Shown: one piece after another, positions 10,069 to 18,815 of the stretch | Layout: each line of letters begins with the position of its first letter | Numbering within the stretch: the first letter of the stretch is position 1 | Assembly (NCBI GenBank): GCA_016705545.1 | Contig: JADIYA010000007.1 | Coordinates: forward strand, 163,728 to 227,727 | DNA from: Flavobacteriales bacterium | GTDB lineage: Bacteria > Bacteroidota > Bacteroidia > Flavobacteriales_F > PHOS-HE28 | Direction of reading: 5' to 3' | Length of the DNA stretch: 64,000 nucleotides | Notes under the pieces: model-generated | Database searches by the model: none | The model's input: only the letters and a program-made list of their open reading frames with translations | What the model was told of the DNA's origin: nothing | Program-made: the position numbers and the translations under genes

Positions 10069-11468
10069 GGCAGCACCTTGCCGGGATTCATGATGCCCTG
10101 CGGGTCGAAGGCTTGCTTGATGGCGCGCATCACATTGAGCTGTGCAGCATTGAAGGCGATATCCATGTAGGGCCGTTGAACCAAGCCGATGCCGTGCTCG
10201 CCGCTGAGCGTGCCGCCCAACGAAACGGTTAGCGCGAAGATCTCGCGGATGGCTTTCGGCAATTCGTGCTCCCAAAACGCATCGGATAGATCGCCCTTGA
10301 TGATGTTCACGTGCAGGTTGCCATCGCCGGCGTGGCCGTAGCACACGCTGCTGAAGCCATATCGCGCGCCGATCTCCTTCACGCCCTTCAGCAATCGCGG
10401 CAGCTCGTAACGCGGCACCACGGTATCCTCTTCCTTGTAGACGCTATGGGCCTTCACGCTCACGGGCACGCTGCGCCGCATGCGCCAAAGGGCATCCTTC
10501 TCGGCTGAGCTTTCTGCGAAGAGCACCTCTCCCGCCTCATGCTTCTCCATCACCGTGACGATGGCCTCGCATTCGCGCATGATCGCATCGGCATGATCGC
10601 CATCGACCTCAATGAGCATGTAGGCGCCGGGCTCTGATGAGAGCTGTGCGGGAAGCCCCTCGGTGTGCTGCATCGTCCACACGATGGCATCGCGCTCGAT
10701 GAACTCCATGGCGCTGGGCGTTACGCCTGCTCGGAATGTGGCGCTCACCGCCTCACAGGCCTTCTCCGCACTGGCGAAGGGCACGAGCATGAGACGGTTC
10801 TCTTTCGGCAAAGGCGCCAGGCGCAACACGGCCTTGGTGATGATTCCTAAGGTGCCCTCGCTGCCCACGAGCAGTCGTGTGAGGTCATAGCCCGTGGCGT
10901 TCTTCAGCGTATTGGCACCGGTCCAAATCACTTCGCCATTGGGCAGCACCACTTCCAGATTGAGCACAAAGTCGCGCGTCACGCCATACTTCACGGCCCT
11001 TGGCCCACCGGCGTTCTCCGCGATGTTGCCGCCTAAGGTGCAACTGCCGCGGCTGCTGGGGTCTGGAGGGTAATACAGGCCCTTTGCCGCCACGGCCTCT
11101 TGCAGCACCTGCGTGATCACGCCTGGCTGCACCGTGACCTGCAGGTTCTGCTCATCGATGTGCTCGATGGCATTCATGCGGTCGAGCGCGAGGGCCACGC
11201 CGCCATGCACGCTCAGCGCGCCACCACTAAGACCCGTCCGCCCGCCGATGGGCGTGATGGGGAGGTTATGCTCCGCGCAGATGCGCACCACGGCGCTCAC
11301 CTGCCCGGTGCTCGCGGGCCTTGCCACTACAGAGGGCTGGAAGCAGAGATCCTCGGTCTCATCGTGTCCATAGGCTTTGCGCGCCTCGTCGGAACGCGAG
11401 AGGCCTTCCGGCCCTAGTGCAACCAAAAGCTGCTGATACACGGACTCAATGACGTCAATGATGGGCAT
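10065..11468 (-). CDS. FAD-binding oxidoreductase (GlcD / D-lactate dehydrogenase-like FAD-linked oxidase).
   Basis: A 467-aa protein. FAD-binding PCMH-type motifs PIGGRTGLSGGA and TLGIITKAVLRL. C-terminal FAD-linked oxidase domain GTLSGEHGIGL. Confidence 0.85.
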   Translation of the reverse strand: MPIIDVIESVYQQLLVALGPEGLSRSDEARKAYGHDETEDLCFQPSVVARPASTGQVSAVVRICAEHNLPITPIGGRTGLSGGALSVHGGVALALDRMNAIEHIDEQNLQVTVQPGVITQVLQEAVAAKGLYYPPDPSSRGSCTLGGNIAENAGGPRAVKYGVTRDFVLNLEVVLPNGEVIWTGANTLKNATGYDLTRLLVGSEGTLGIITKAVLRLAPLPKENRLMLVPFASAEKACEAVSATFRAGVTPSAMEFIERDAIVWTMQHTEGLPAQLSSEPGAYMLIEVDGDHADAIMRECEAIVTVMEKHEAGEVLFAESSAEKDALWRMRRSVPVSVKAHSVYKEEDTVVPRYELPRLLKGVKEIGARYGFSSVCYGHAGDGNLHVNIIKGDLSDAFWEHELPKAIREIFALTVSLGGTLSGEHGIGLVQRPYMDIAFNAAQLNVMRAIKQAFDPQGIMNPGKVLP

Positions 11469-11723
11469 GGGAGCCGGTTAAGTGTTCGCGAAGTTGCGCA
11501 ACTGAAGCTATGAGCGTGAAGGAATTGGAACAGGGAGCGAATGGAATCGAGCATGGGAAATGTCAGGCTTCCGCACGGAATGTGCTCAATGAACCCGTAT
11601 CGCAGAAGAGAGTGTCTTCATGGCCTGAGTGCAAGGCGTGAAGTGCCGGGAATCTCAAAGATGCCGCAGACTGGAGCGAAATCAACCCCATTGCACACAG
11701 CTAACACCGGCCGGTCTTCTGCC

Positions 11724-12014
11724 TTATTGCACCACCACTTCCTTCACCACTTCGCGTCCGGCCCGTTCATTTATCCGTGCAAGTATATCGGCACGCAGAT
11801 AACTGAGTTCTTGCCGCAGCGGTGCACTGTCCACATTGATGCGCAGGACGGCGTTACGCAGGCGGAGCGCGGTGGTATGGCGCGCCACCATGGCACCCGC
11901 AACTTCGGGCCATGCTTCCGCGATGGCGGCCTCGTCGAGGCGCTCTCGCATGCCTGCGCCATCGACCAGGTGTCCGATGGCCTCAGCCAGCGATTGCTCG
12001 TTGCGGCGTTTCAC
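11724..12014 (-). CDS. DUF721-type (DciA-like) small protein immediately downstream of recF.
   Basis: The C-terminal 96 aa of ORF 11724..12182 read VKRRNEQSLAEAIGHLVDGAGMRERLDEAAIAEAWPEVAGAMVARHTTALRLRNAVLRINVDSAPLRQELSYLRADILARINERAG. A DUF721 family protein downstream of recF is a commonly observed arrangement. The proposed GTG start at 12014 is uncertain, and the first 55 aa of the longer ORF look non-coding. Confidence 0.5.
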   Translation of the reverse strand: MKRRNEQSLAEAIGHLVDGAGMRERLDEAAIAEAWPEVAGAMVARHTTALRLRNAVLRINVDSAPLRQELSYLRADILARINERAGREVVKEVVVQ

Positions 12015-13116
12015 GGGTGATGCCTTCGTGGGTGAGGTGGAAGAAGCGCGTCTCGAGGTCGAGGCCATCGAGCGCGGCATGGAGCCGCTTCGGATCGGTG
12101 TCGGTGATGAGCACTTGCCCGAAGCGGTGATCGCTGAGCAGCTGCAGCAGGTGGCGCATGCGCTGCGGGTCGATCTTATCAAAGATGTCGTCGAGCAGCA
12201 GGATGGGGCGTTGGCCGGTGCGCTGCGTGGTGAGCTCGAATTGCGCCAGCTTCAGCGCGATCAGATAGGTCTTCTGCTGGCCTTGCGATCCGAAGCGCTT
12301 CAAGGGTTGGCCATCGAGCGTGAAGAGCAGGTCATCCTTGTGGACACCCGCCGTGGTGTGCTGCGCGGCGCGGTCGCGTTCCCAGCTCGCGGATAGCAGG
12401 TCGCGCATCGATGCGTCATTGAGCGGTGATCGGTATTCAAGCGCCACTTGCTCAGGCCCTGAGCTGATTGCGGAATAATGCTCCCGCAGCAGCGGTGCCA
12501 GATCACTGATGAACGCGCTGCGCGCGGAATGCACTGCAAAGGCGAGCACGCAAAGCTGCTCATCCCACGGCTCAAGGGTTGAAGGCTGTATTCCACCTCG
12601 TCCAGCTGCCTGCTTCAGCAACGCGTTGCGCTGGGTAAGCGCACGGTTGTAGCGGATCAGCGCATCGAGGAAGGGCTTATCGAATTGGGCGATGAGGCCA
12701 TCGATGAAGCGGCGGCGCACCTCGCTGCCGTCGAGGATCAGCTGGCCATCGTAAGGCGTGATCATCACCACCGGGTACCGGCCCACGTGGTCGGCCAAGC
12801 GGTCGTATTCCTTGCGGTTGCGGCTGAGCACCTTGCGCATGCCGCGCCGCACGCTGCAGAGAATTGCATCATCGCCCTCATCACCGCGCATCACCCCTTG
12901 CACCACGAAGAGCTCCTCACCGTGCCGAACATTGTACTGGTCCTGCGCCTCCAGGTATCCCTTGCCCAGTGCGAGGTAGTGGACCGCATCGAGCAGGTTG
13001 GTCTTGCCCACGCCATTCGGACCGGTGAAGCAGTTCACCTCAGCGCACAGGTCGGCTTCCGCTTCGCGGTGATTGCGGAAGTTGAGCGCATGCAGCCGGG
13101 CGAGATGAAAGGCCAT
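11983..13116 (-). CDS. recF: DNA replication and repair protein RecF.
   Basis: A 377-aa protein. Walker A GPNGVGKTNLLDAV, an SMC-like signature and a C-terminal LLLDDIFDKID Walker B motif. Confidence 0.9.
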   Translation of the reverse strand: MAFHLARLHALNFRNHREAEADLCAEVNCFTGPNGVGKTNLLDAVHYLALGKGYLEAQDQYNVRHGEELFVVQGVMRGDEGDDAILCSVRRGMRKVLSRNRKEYDRLADHVGRYPVVMITPYDGQLILDGSEVRRRFIDGLIAQFDKPFLDALIRYNRALTQRNALLKQAAGRGGIQPSTLEPWDEQLCVLAFAVHSARSAFISDLAPLLREHYSAISSGPEQVALEYRSPLNDASMRDLLSASWERDRAAQHTTAGVHKDDLLFTLDGQPLKRFGSQGQQKTYLIALKLAQFELTTQRTGQRPILLLDDIFDKIDPQRMRHLLQLLSDHRFGQVLITDTDPKRLHAALDGLDLETRFFHLTHEGITRETPQRAIAG

Positions 13117-13216
13117 GCGGCGAAGCTAACGGCACCGCGAGCGTCTGAAGCTGCGGTCATCAACTCAGTACAAGCGTGCTTTTATCTTCGGCCCCGCCTC
13201 ATCGCCTCGTTCCGCC

Positions 13217-14245
13217 ATGCAAACCCAACCCGTCGCCAAGCCTTCGCCCACCCAAGCTGCCAGCGCTGCAGCGGGAGCACGGCCCGTTTCGGCATTCATC
13301 GAGAAGCACTTCCTTCACTTCAACGCCGCCGCCCTCGTGGATGCCGCCAAGGGCTACAAGGAGCACTTGGGCAAGGGGAGGAAGATGATGATCACCCTGG
13401 CCGGGGCCATGAGCACCGGTGAGTTGGGCAAGATCCTCGCGGAGATGATCCGCCAAGGGAAGGTCGATATCATCAGCTGTACCGGCGCCAACCTAGAGGA
13501 AGACGTGATGAACCTGGTGGCGCACGACCACTATGAACGGATCCCCCACTACCGCGACCTCACCCCTATGCAAGAGCGCGCATTGCTCGACCGCGGCATG
13601 AATCGCGTCACCGACACCTGCATCCCCGAGCACGAGGCCTTCCGCCGTTTGGAGAAGCACGTCCTCGACCTCTGGACCGCCGACGATAAGAGCGGCAACC
13701 GCCGATTCCCGCACGAGTACTTCTACGCCATGATCAAGAGCGGCGTGCTGCAGCAGTACTACCAGATCGATCCGAAGGACAGCTGGATGGTGGCTGCGGC
13801 CGAGCGGAACCTGCCCATCATCTGCCCCGGTTGGGAGGACAGTACGCTGGGCAACATCTTCGCCGGCCATTGCATGACCGGCGATTGCAAGCCGCAGATG
13901 ATGAAGAGCGGCATCGAGTACATGATGTTCCTGGCCGAATGGTACACGAATAATTGCGGTACGGACGGCATCGGCTTCTTCCAGATCGGCGGAGGTATCG
14001 CGGGCGACTTCCCCATCTGCGTGGTGCCCATGCTGCATCAGGACCTTCAGCGCGATCACATCCCCTTCTGGAGCTTTTTCTGCCAGATCAGCGACAGCAC
14101 CACCAGCTACGGCAGTTATAGCGGAGCCGTGCCCAACGAGAAGATCACCTGGGGAAAGCTCGATACCGACACCCCGAAGCACATCATCGAGAGTGATGCT
14201 ACTATTGTGGCGCCCCTCATCTTCGCCTACGTCCTCGACATGTAA
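13217..14245 (+). CDS. Deoxyhypusine synthase family protein.
   Basis: A 342-aa protein. The motifs MMITLAGAMSTGELG, ISCTGANLEED, GGGIAGDFPICVVP and TSYGSYSGAVPNEKITWGK match the deoxyhypusine synthase fold, including the conserved active-site lysine region. Confidence 0.85.
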   Translation: MQTQPVAKPSPTQAASAAAGARPVSAFIEKHFLHFNAAALVDAAKGYKEHLGKGRKMMITLAGAMSTGELGKILAEMIRQGKVDIISCTGANLEEDVMNLVAHDHYERIPHYRDLTPMQERALLDRGMNRVTDTCIPEHEAFRRLEKHVLDLWTADDKSGNRRFPHEYFYAMIKSGVLQQYYQIDPKDSWMVAAAERNLPIICPGWEDSTLGNIFAGHCMTGDCKPQMMKSGIEYMMFLAEWYTNNCGTDGIGFFQIGGGIAGDFPICVVPMLHQDLQRDHIPFWSFFCQISDSTTSYGSYSGAVPNEKITWGKLDTDTPKHIIESDATIVAPLIFAYVLDM

Positions 14246-14251
14246 TCACCC

Positions 14252-14674
14252 ATGCAGCGCCTGATCCGCTCCTTCAACACCTTGACCGATGCGCTCAAGG
14301 AGACCTTGCAGGAACAATATCCTGACGGGATCGACACCTCGCACATCAAGACCATCCCCACCGCCAAAGGCGAGATGCTGCGGGTGATCGAGCTCAGTAC
14401 GCCTGAAGCCTTGTACCTGATCAAGATCAATGCGGAGAGCCGCGCGGAGATCGAGGAATTCCTGGATCAGGACAACGAGCCCGCCGCTGCCGGTGATGAT
14501 GACCTCGATGCAGAGGATGGAATCGAAGGCGAGGCGGATGACGAAGGTGATGGCATCGACGACGCCGATGACGCGGATGACGACGATGATACCAATGACG
14601 GCGACGGCGACGACGATGATGAGGACGATGACGGGGACGCCGGTGATGATGATAAGGACGATGACGAGGACTGA
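14252..14674 (+). CDS. Hypothetical protein with a 65-residue poly-Asp/Glu C-terminal tail, 6 bp downstream of the deoxyhypusine synthase gene.
   Basis: An N-terminal domain of about 75 aa: MQRLIRSFNTLTDALKETLQEQYPDGIDTSHIKTIPTAKGEMLRVIELSTPEALYLIKINAESRAEIEEFL. It is followed by DDDLDAEDGIEGEADDEGDGIDDADDADDDDDTNDGDGDDDDEDDDGDAGDDDKDDDED. I could not recognise the family. Confidence 0.55.
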   Translation: MQRLIRSFNTLTDALKETLQEQYPDGIDTSHIKTIPTAKGEMLRVIELSTPEALYLIKINAESRAEIEEFLDQDNEPAAAGDDDLDAEDGIEGEADDEGDGIDDADDADDDDDTNDGDGDDDDEDDDGDAGDDDKDDDED

Positions 14675-14699
14675 TTCCCGCTGAACCATGCTCCCGACG

Positions 14700-14736
14700 C
14701 AGGCCCCGGATAACCCTGGGGCCTGTTTACTTTCGG
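14700..14736 (+). terminator. Candidate rho-independent terminator after the acidic-tail gene.
   Basis: An 8-bp stem caggcccc / ggggcctg with a 10-nt loop, followed by tttactttc. It starts 26 bp after the stop at 14674. Confidence 0.45.
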
Positions 14737-14751
14737 GGCAACACCCGCAAC

Positions 14752-15168
14752 ATGAACGGCACCTTTCACATCGCCATTGCCACCACGGACCTTAAGCGCA
14801 TGAAGGCCTTCTACGGGAGATTCCTCGGCCTCAAGGAAGGTCGGAGCGCCAAGACCTGGGTCGATTTCGACTTCTTCGGCCACCAGCTCACCATCCAGGA
14901 AGTGCCCGTGACTTACCGGACCGCGCGCATCTACAACCCGGAATCGAATGTTCCCAGCGACCATTGGGGCATCGTGCTTTCCATGAGCGACTGGAAAAAA
15001 CTGCGCGACAAGCTCAAGAAGGTCGGCCATCCCTTCTTCATTGAGCCGCGCATGGTGATGAAGGGCGAAGTGGGTGAGCAGCGCAGCATGTTCATCGAGG
15101 ACCCCGATGGTCACGCGATCGAGTTCAAGGCTTTCGAGGATGCGTATGATCTGTTCCGTAAAGCATGA
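14752..15168 (+). CDS. VOC family protein (glyoxalase/bleomycin-resistance/dioxygenase fold).
   Basis: A 138-aa protein. MNGTFHIAIATTDLKRMKAFYGRFLGL...DPDGHAIEF is the typical VOC metal-binding His/Glu arrangement. Confidence 0.75.
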   Translation: MNGTFHIAIATTDLKRMKAFYGRFLGLKEGRSAKTWVDFDFFGHQLTIQEVPVTYRTARIYNPESNVPSDHWGIVLSMSDWKKLRDKLKKVGHPFFIEPRMVMKGEVGEQRSMFIEDPDGHAIEFKAFEDAYDLFRKA

Positions 15169-15362
15169 CCGCGCGCGGAGCCATCGTGCTCTTTTTATTC
15201 GGCCTCGCCCTCACCATCATCGGTGCAACGATCAAGATCATGCATTGGCCCTATGCGGATGCCCTGCTCACCGGAGCATCGCTCATGCAGACCATCGCTG
15301 TCCTGGTGCTCGCCTACAAGGTCTTCACCTACCCCGGCGCGAAGGGCTTCCTGGACTGTTGA
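15165..15362 (+). CDS. Small hypothetical membrane protein.
   Basis: A 65-aa ORF with two predicted TM helices (IVLFLFGLALTIIGATI and LMQTIAVLVLAYKVF). An ATGA overlap with the VOC gene stop suggests translational coupling. Confidence 0.35.
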   Translation: MTARGAIVLFLFGLALTIIGATIKIMHWPYADALLTGASLMQTIAVLVLAYKVFTYPGAKGFLDC

Positions 15363-15416
15363 CAGACAAAGACGAAGGCGCCCGGATGAGCGCCTTCCCA
15401 ATCGAATCCAGCAAGC

Positions 15417-15818
15417 TCAATAATCGCGCATGGCCACCAATTCGCCTTGCTCGTCGTACTGCTCACCTCGCTGTATCACGCCTTCGCTGTAAACCAGCCG
15501 GCAGACCACGCTGTTCCGGTGGCTCCGGAATTCCCAAACGCCTTGCCGTAAGCCATTGCGGAAGCTCGCGTGCGCCAGCACCGCACCGGTATCGCTGAAC
15601 TGCTTCCATTCGCCATCGCGACGGCCGCTTCGGAAACAACCCATCTCCTTCACCCGACCGTTCTCGTGGTAGGTGATGAAGCGGATCCGATCGCCCTCAC
15701 GGTAGCGCGTCGCCCGGAGCGTGCCATCAGGAAAGCGCTCTTGAACAAGCAACTCCGCACGCTGCGCGAACAGCGAAATCGTAAGGAACAAGGCCGAGAG
15801 GAATGTGATGCTGCGCAT
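15417..15818 (-). CDS. MORN-variant repeat protein (YwqK-like), secreted.
   Basis: Signal peptide MRSITFLSALFLTISLFAQ. Repeats of the form xGxxxGxW (RRDGEWKQF, LRQGVWEF, YHENGRVKEMGCF) are typical of MORN-like / YwqK family proteins. Confidence 0.55.
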   Translation of the reverse strand: MRSITFLSALFLTISLFAQRAELLVQERFPDGTLRATRYREGDRIRFITYHENGRVKEMGCFRSGRRDGEWKQFSDTGAVLAHASFRNGLRQGVWEFRSHRNSVVCRLVYSEGVIQRGEQYDEQGELVAMRDY

Positions 15819-16176
15819 GGTGACAGGTTGATTGCCCCGTTGTACGGCCAAAGATAGCATCTTGTTCACCATGATTTAACCTTTGCTTAACACTCGATTT
15901 TTCAACCAAGCAGGCCCCAGAACTTTCCACTTTGAACCCTTAGACGAGCAGCACATGATGGCCCCGCGCATCACGATATCAGCATTGCAAAAGCGAATTG
16001 GTGTTACGTGACCACCATCCCAGATGCCCGCGCCTACCTTGTGCCTAACCAGAAGCAACCGGTCCCGATAAAGACAGGCAATCGTGCTCCTTGTTGTCGG
16101 CCAAGAACCCATCTCTGCAGACTCCATCCAGGCGCTCGTTCATGCGCGACAAGCTCCCGCATAACGCACTCGAATC

Positions 16177-17277
16177 ATGGCCAGCGCAGCACCCCGATAC
16201 ATCGGTCCTACGAATGAACAGGATTTCGGCAGGACAGTGCGCGCCCGTGTGGCCGCCGAGTTCAAGGAAGCCGGAATAAGCACCAAGGCCGATCGCCGGT
16301 TGGTGCCCAAGGTCATCATCCTGCTCGTGCTCTTCCTTGCCCCGCTTGCTGTTATCCTACTGGTGCCCATGCCTGCTTGGACGGCGCTGGGCTTAGCGCT
16401 GGTGATGGGCCTCGGCATGGCGGGCGTTGGCATGGGGGTGATGCATGATGGCCTGCATGGAGCCAGTTCCAAGCACGCATTGACCAATGATCTGCTCGGC
16501 AGCTCCATGTACCTGCTCGGCAGCGACCCTTTCACCTGGAAGATCCAGCACAACGGGGCACACCACACCCACACCAATGTGGACGGCATTGATCAGGACA
16601 TCGATCCCCCGGAACTGCTGCGCTTCAGTGAGCATGCACCGCTGCGCCGCGTGCATCGCTTCCAATTCGTGTACTCGTTCTTCTTCTACGGACTGCTTAC
16701 CCTGGTGAAACTGGGCAACGACTTCTTTTCGCTCAGACGCGTAGCCAGAAACGGTGATGCGCGCTATAAGGGCCGCAGCTTCGCGCTGGACCTTGGTGTC
16801 ATGGTGCTGGTTAAGCTGGCGCATCTGGCGGTCTTCATCGGGCTCCCTTTCCTATTCACCGACTTCGCATGGTGGCAGGTCCTGCTGGGCTTCCTGCTCA
16901 TGCATTTCACCTGCGGCGTGGTGCTGGGCACGGTCTTCCAGTTGGCACACGTGGTGGAAGGCGCGCAGCAACCGATGCTTGATGACAAAGGTGTCATACA
17001 CAACGATTGGGCGGTGCATGAGCTGCTGACCACAGCCGATTTCGCACCGAGGAACCGGATGCTGACCTGGTACACCGGCGGGCTCAACTTCCAAGTGGAG
17101 CACCACCTTTTTCCCGCCATGTCGCACCTGCATTACCCGCGCATAGCACCTATCGTCCAACGGACTGCACAGGAATTCGGCTTGCCATACAATGTGAAGC
17201 CGACCATGCTGGCCGCGCTTGGCTCGCACGTGCGTCGCCTCAAGCAGCTCGGGCGCCAATCGGATCCATCGGAATAA
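16177..17277 (+). CDS. Fatty acid desaturase family protein (membrane di-iron, His-box).
   Basis: Three His boxes: HDGLHG, HNGAHHTHTN and QVEHHLFP. These sit between hydrophobic segments, as in front-end / linoleoyl-CoA-type desaturases. Confidence 0.85.
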   Translation: MASAAPRYIGPTNEQDFGRTVRARVAAEFKEAGISTKADRRLVPKVIILLVLFLAPLAVILLVPMPAWTALGLALVMGLGMAGVGMGVMHDGLHGASSKHALTNDLLGSSMYLLGSDPFTWKIQHNGAHHTHTNVDGIDQDIDPPELLRFSEHAPLRRVHRFQFVYSFFFYGLLTLVKLGNDFFSLRRVARNGDARYKGRSFALDLGVMVLVKLAHLAVFIGLPFLFTDFAWWQVLLGFLLMHFTCGVVLGTVFQLAHVVEGAQQPMLDDKGVIHNDWAVHELLTTADFAPRNRMLTWYTGGLNFQVEHHLFPAMSHLHYPRIAPIVQRTAQEFGLPYNVKPTMLAALGSHVRRLKQLGRQSDPSE

Positions 17278-17480
17278 GGCCTTTGCCGTTGAAGATTAAG
17301 CTGCGCTGCGGGCGGCGGATCCGGTTCATCATCGCGGTGCCTCCTCCACCGCTTATCCGCGTAGCATTTCAGGAAGCCGGGTTCGAAAGCAAGCGCGGCG
17401 AGCACTAGCAGTCAAAACGTAAGGAATGAACCGCAAGGAAGGCGCCATCCGTTCGGGATGAGAGTCCTCCAGCGAGCTGC

Positions 17481-17819
17481 TCAGGCCTTCTTCACGAACT
17501 CGCTCTTCAGCGCCATCGCACCGAAGCCCTCGATCCGGCAATCAATGTTGTGATCACCTTCCACCAGTCTGATGCCGCGCACCTTGGTGCCTGCCTTCAA
17601 GGCCTTAGGCGCTCCTTTCACCGCCAGGTCCTTGATCATCACCACGTCGTCACCATCCTGTAGCACCTTGCCGTTGGCATCCTTCACCACAGGGCCCGCG
17701 TTCGCCGCGGCGACCTCCTCCGGATTCCATTCGTGGCCGCACTCGGCGCACATCTGTGAGGTGCCGGTGGGATAGGTGATGGATGAGGCGCATTCAGGGC
17801 ATTTCTGTGTATCACTCAT
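17481..17819 (-). CDS. Zinc-ribbon protein of the PhnA/YjdC family.
   Basis: A 112-aa protein. N-terminal [25 protein letters not shown] is a Cys4 zinc ribbon. The C-terminal domain with [25 protein letters not shown] is characteristic of PhnA-like proteins. Confidence 0.8.
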   Translation of the reverse strand: MSDTQKCPECASSITYPTGTSQMCAECGHEWNPEEVAAANAGPVVKDANGKVLQDGDDVVMIKDLAVKGAPKALKAGTKVRGIRLVEGDHNIDCRIEGFGAMALKSEFVKKA

Positions 17820-17983
17820 GCGGTCGGATTGGCCGCGAATCTATTCCCTAGTTCAGGTTCCGTTTTATCTGAGCCGACCTGATGCTCAAGAACACCTGTA
17901 TGCACTCCCCGTTGCAGCACCAATGACGATTGCCATTTTCCTCCCCAATCGCAGCCCATATCTTCACCGCAAAGCCGAACGCC

Positions 17984-18427
17984 ATGAAGTCGATCCTCGC
18001 TGCCATCGACTTTTCAGCGGTTACCCCGCGCCTGCTTGCCTTGGCAACCGAACTGGCCAAGGGCCACGACTCCAAGCTATGGATCATCCATGTAGCTGCT
18101 CCTGACCCCGACTTCATTGGCTTCAGGACAGGTCCGCAATACATCCGCGATCATCGCGCAGAGCAGTTGCGGCAGGAGCACATCGATGCACAGTCCTTTG
18201 CCGATGCGGCCAGGGCGAAAGGCGTTGAGGCCGAAGCATTGCTTGTGCAAGGACCCACCGTAGAGACGCTGCTCGCCGAGGTCAATCGCTTGATGATAGA
18301 TATGGTGGTGATCGGCTCTCATGGACGCAGTGCTCTCTATCGCGCCTTCGTTGGCAGCGTGAGTGAACAAATGCTCAGCGAATGCCGGGTTCCAATGCTT
18401 GTGGTGCCCTCCTTGGAACAGAAATAG
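17984..18427 (+). CDS. Universal stress protein (UspA family).
   Basis: MKSILAAIDFS...LWIIHVAAP...VVIGSHGRSALYRAFVGSVSEQMLSECRVPMLVVP is the canonical Usp ATP-binding motif G-x2-G-x9-G(S/T). Confidence 0.8.
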   Translation: MKSILAAIDFSAVTPRLLALATELAKGHDSKLWIIHVAAPDPDFIGFRTGPQYIRDHRAEQLRQEHIDAQSFADAARAKGVEAEALLVQGPTVETLLAEVNRLMIDMVVIGSHGRSALYRAFVGSVSEQMLSECRVPMLVVPSLEQK

Positions 18428-18815
18428 GCCAGACCGGACCTCGAATCAGGACCAATGGTCTTGACTTTCAGCATGTGCTGGGCTGAATCGATGCGTCATA
18501 GATTATTCTAATTGCAGATGAATAGATATTATTCTTCGACCAAGACTTGACAACAGCCTATCAATCCTGATACGTTCGCGCCACTCTTTTCGACCGGATC
18601 GCTCGTCAGACCCTGCCTTTGGACACTTGTTCAGCCTACTGAGCAAGACCATGCGATACATGCAACGACGACCCGTTGCACCTCATCCTGAGGTGCTTTG
18701 GCTCGAACCTGAACAAGGCCTTTGGCACCGTGAAAGCGGCGCACATGCGGAACCTCCACTAGGGGTTACCTGGCCATTCCTGAATCCTGAGCACCCCCTT
18801 ACACCTCCATCACAG

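Noticed and set aside
11541-12020. Plus-strand ORF of 159 aa in the recF downstream region.
   Set aside because: It overlaps the better-supported DUF721-like gene on the opposite strand and has no motif support.
14490-14670. GAT/GAC-rich microsatellite-like tract.
   Set aside because: It maintains the frame of the upstream domain and encodes a continuous poly-Asp/Glu tail. I treat it as coding low complexity rather than a non-coding repeat.
18428-18815. Possible sigma-70-like promoter (TTGACA at 18547..18552, TACGTT 18 bp downstream) in the AT-rich region before the giant adhesin gene.
   Set aside because: Bacteroidota use a different -33/-7 consensus (TTG / TAnnTTTG). I could not find a convincing match, so I did not call a promoter.
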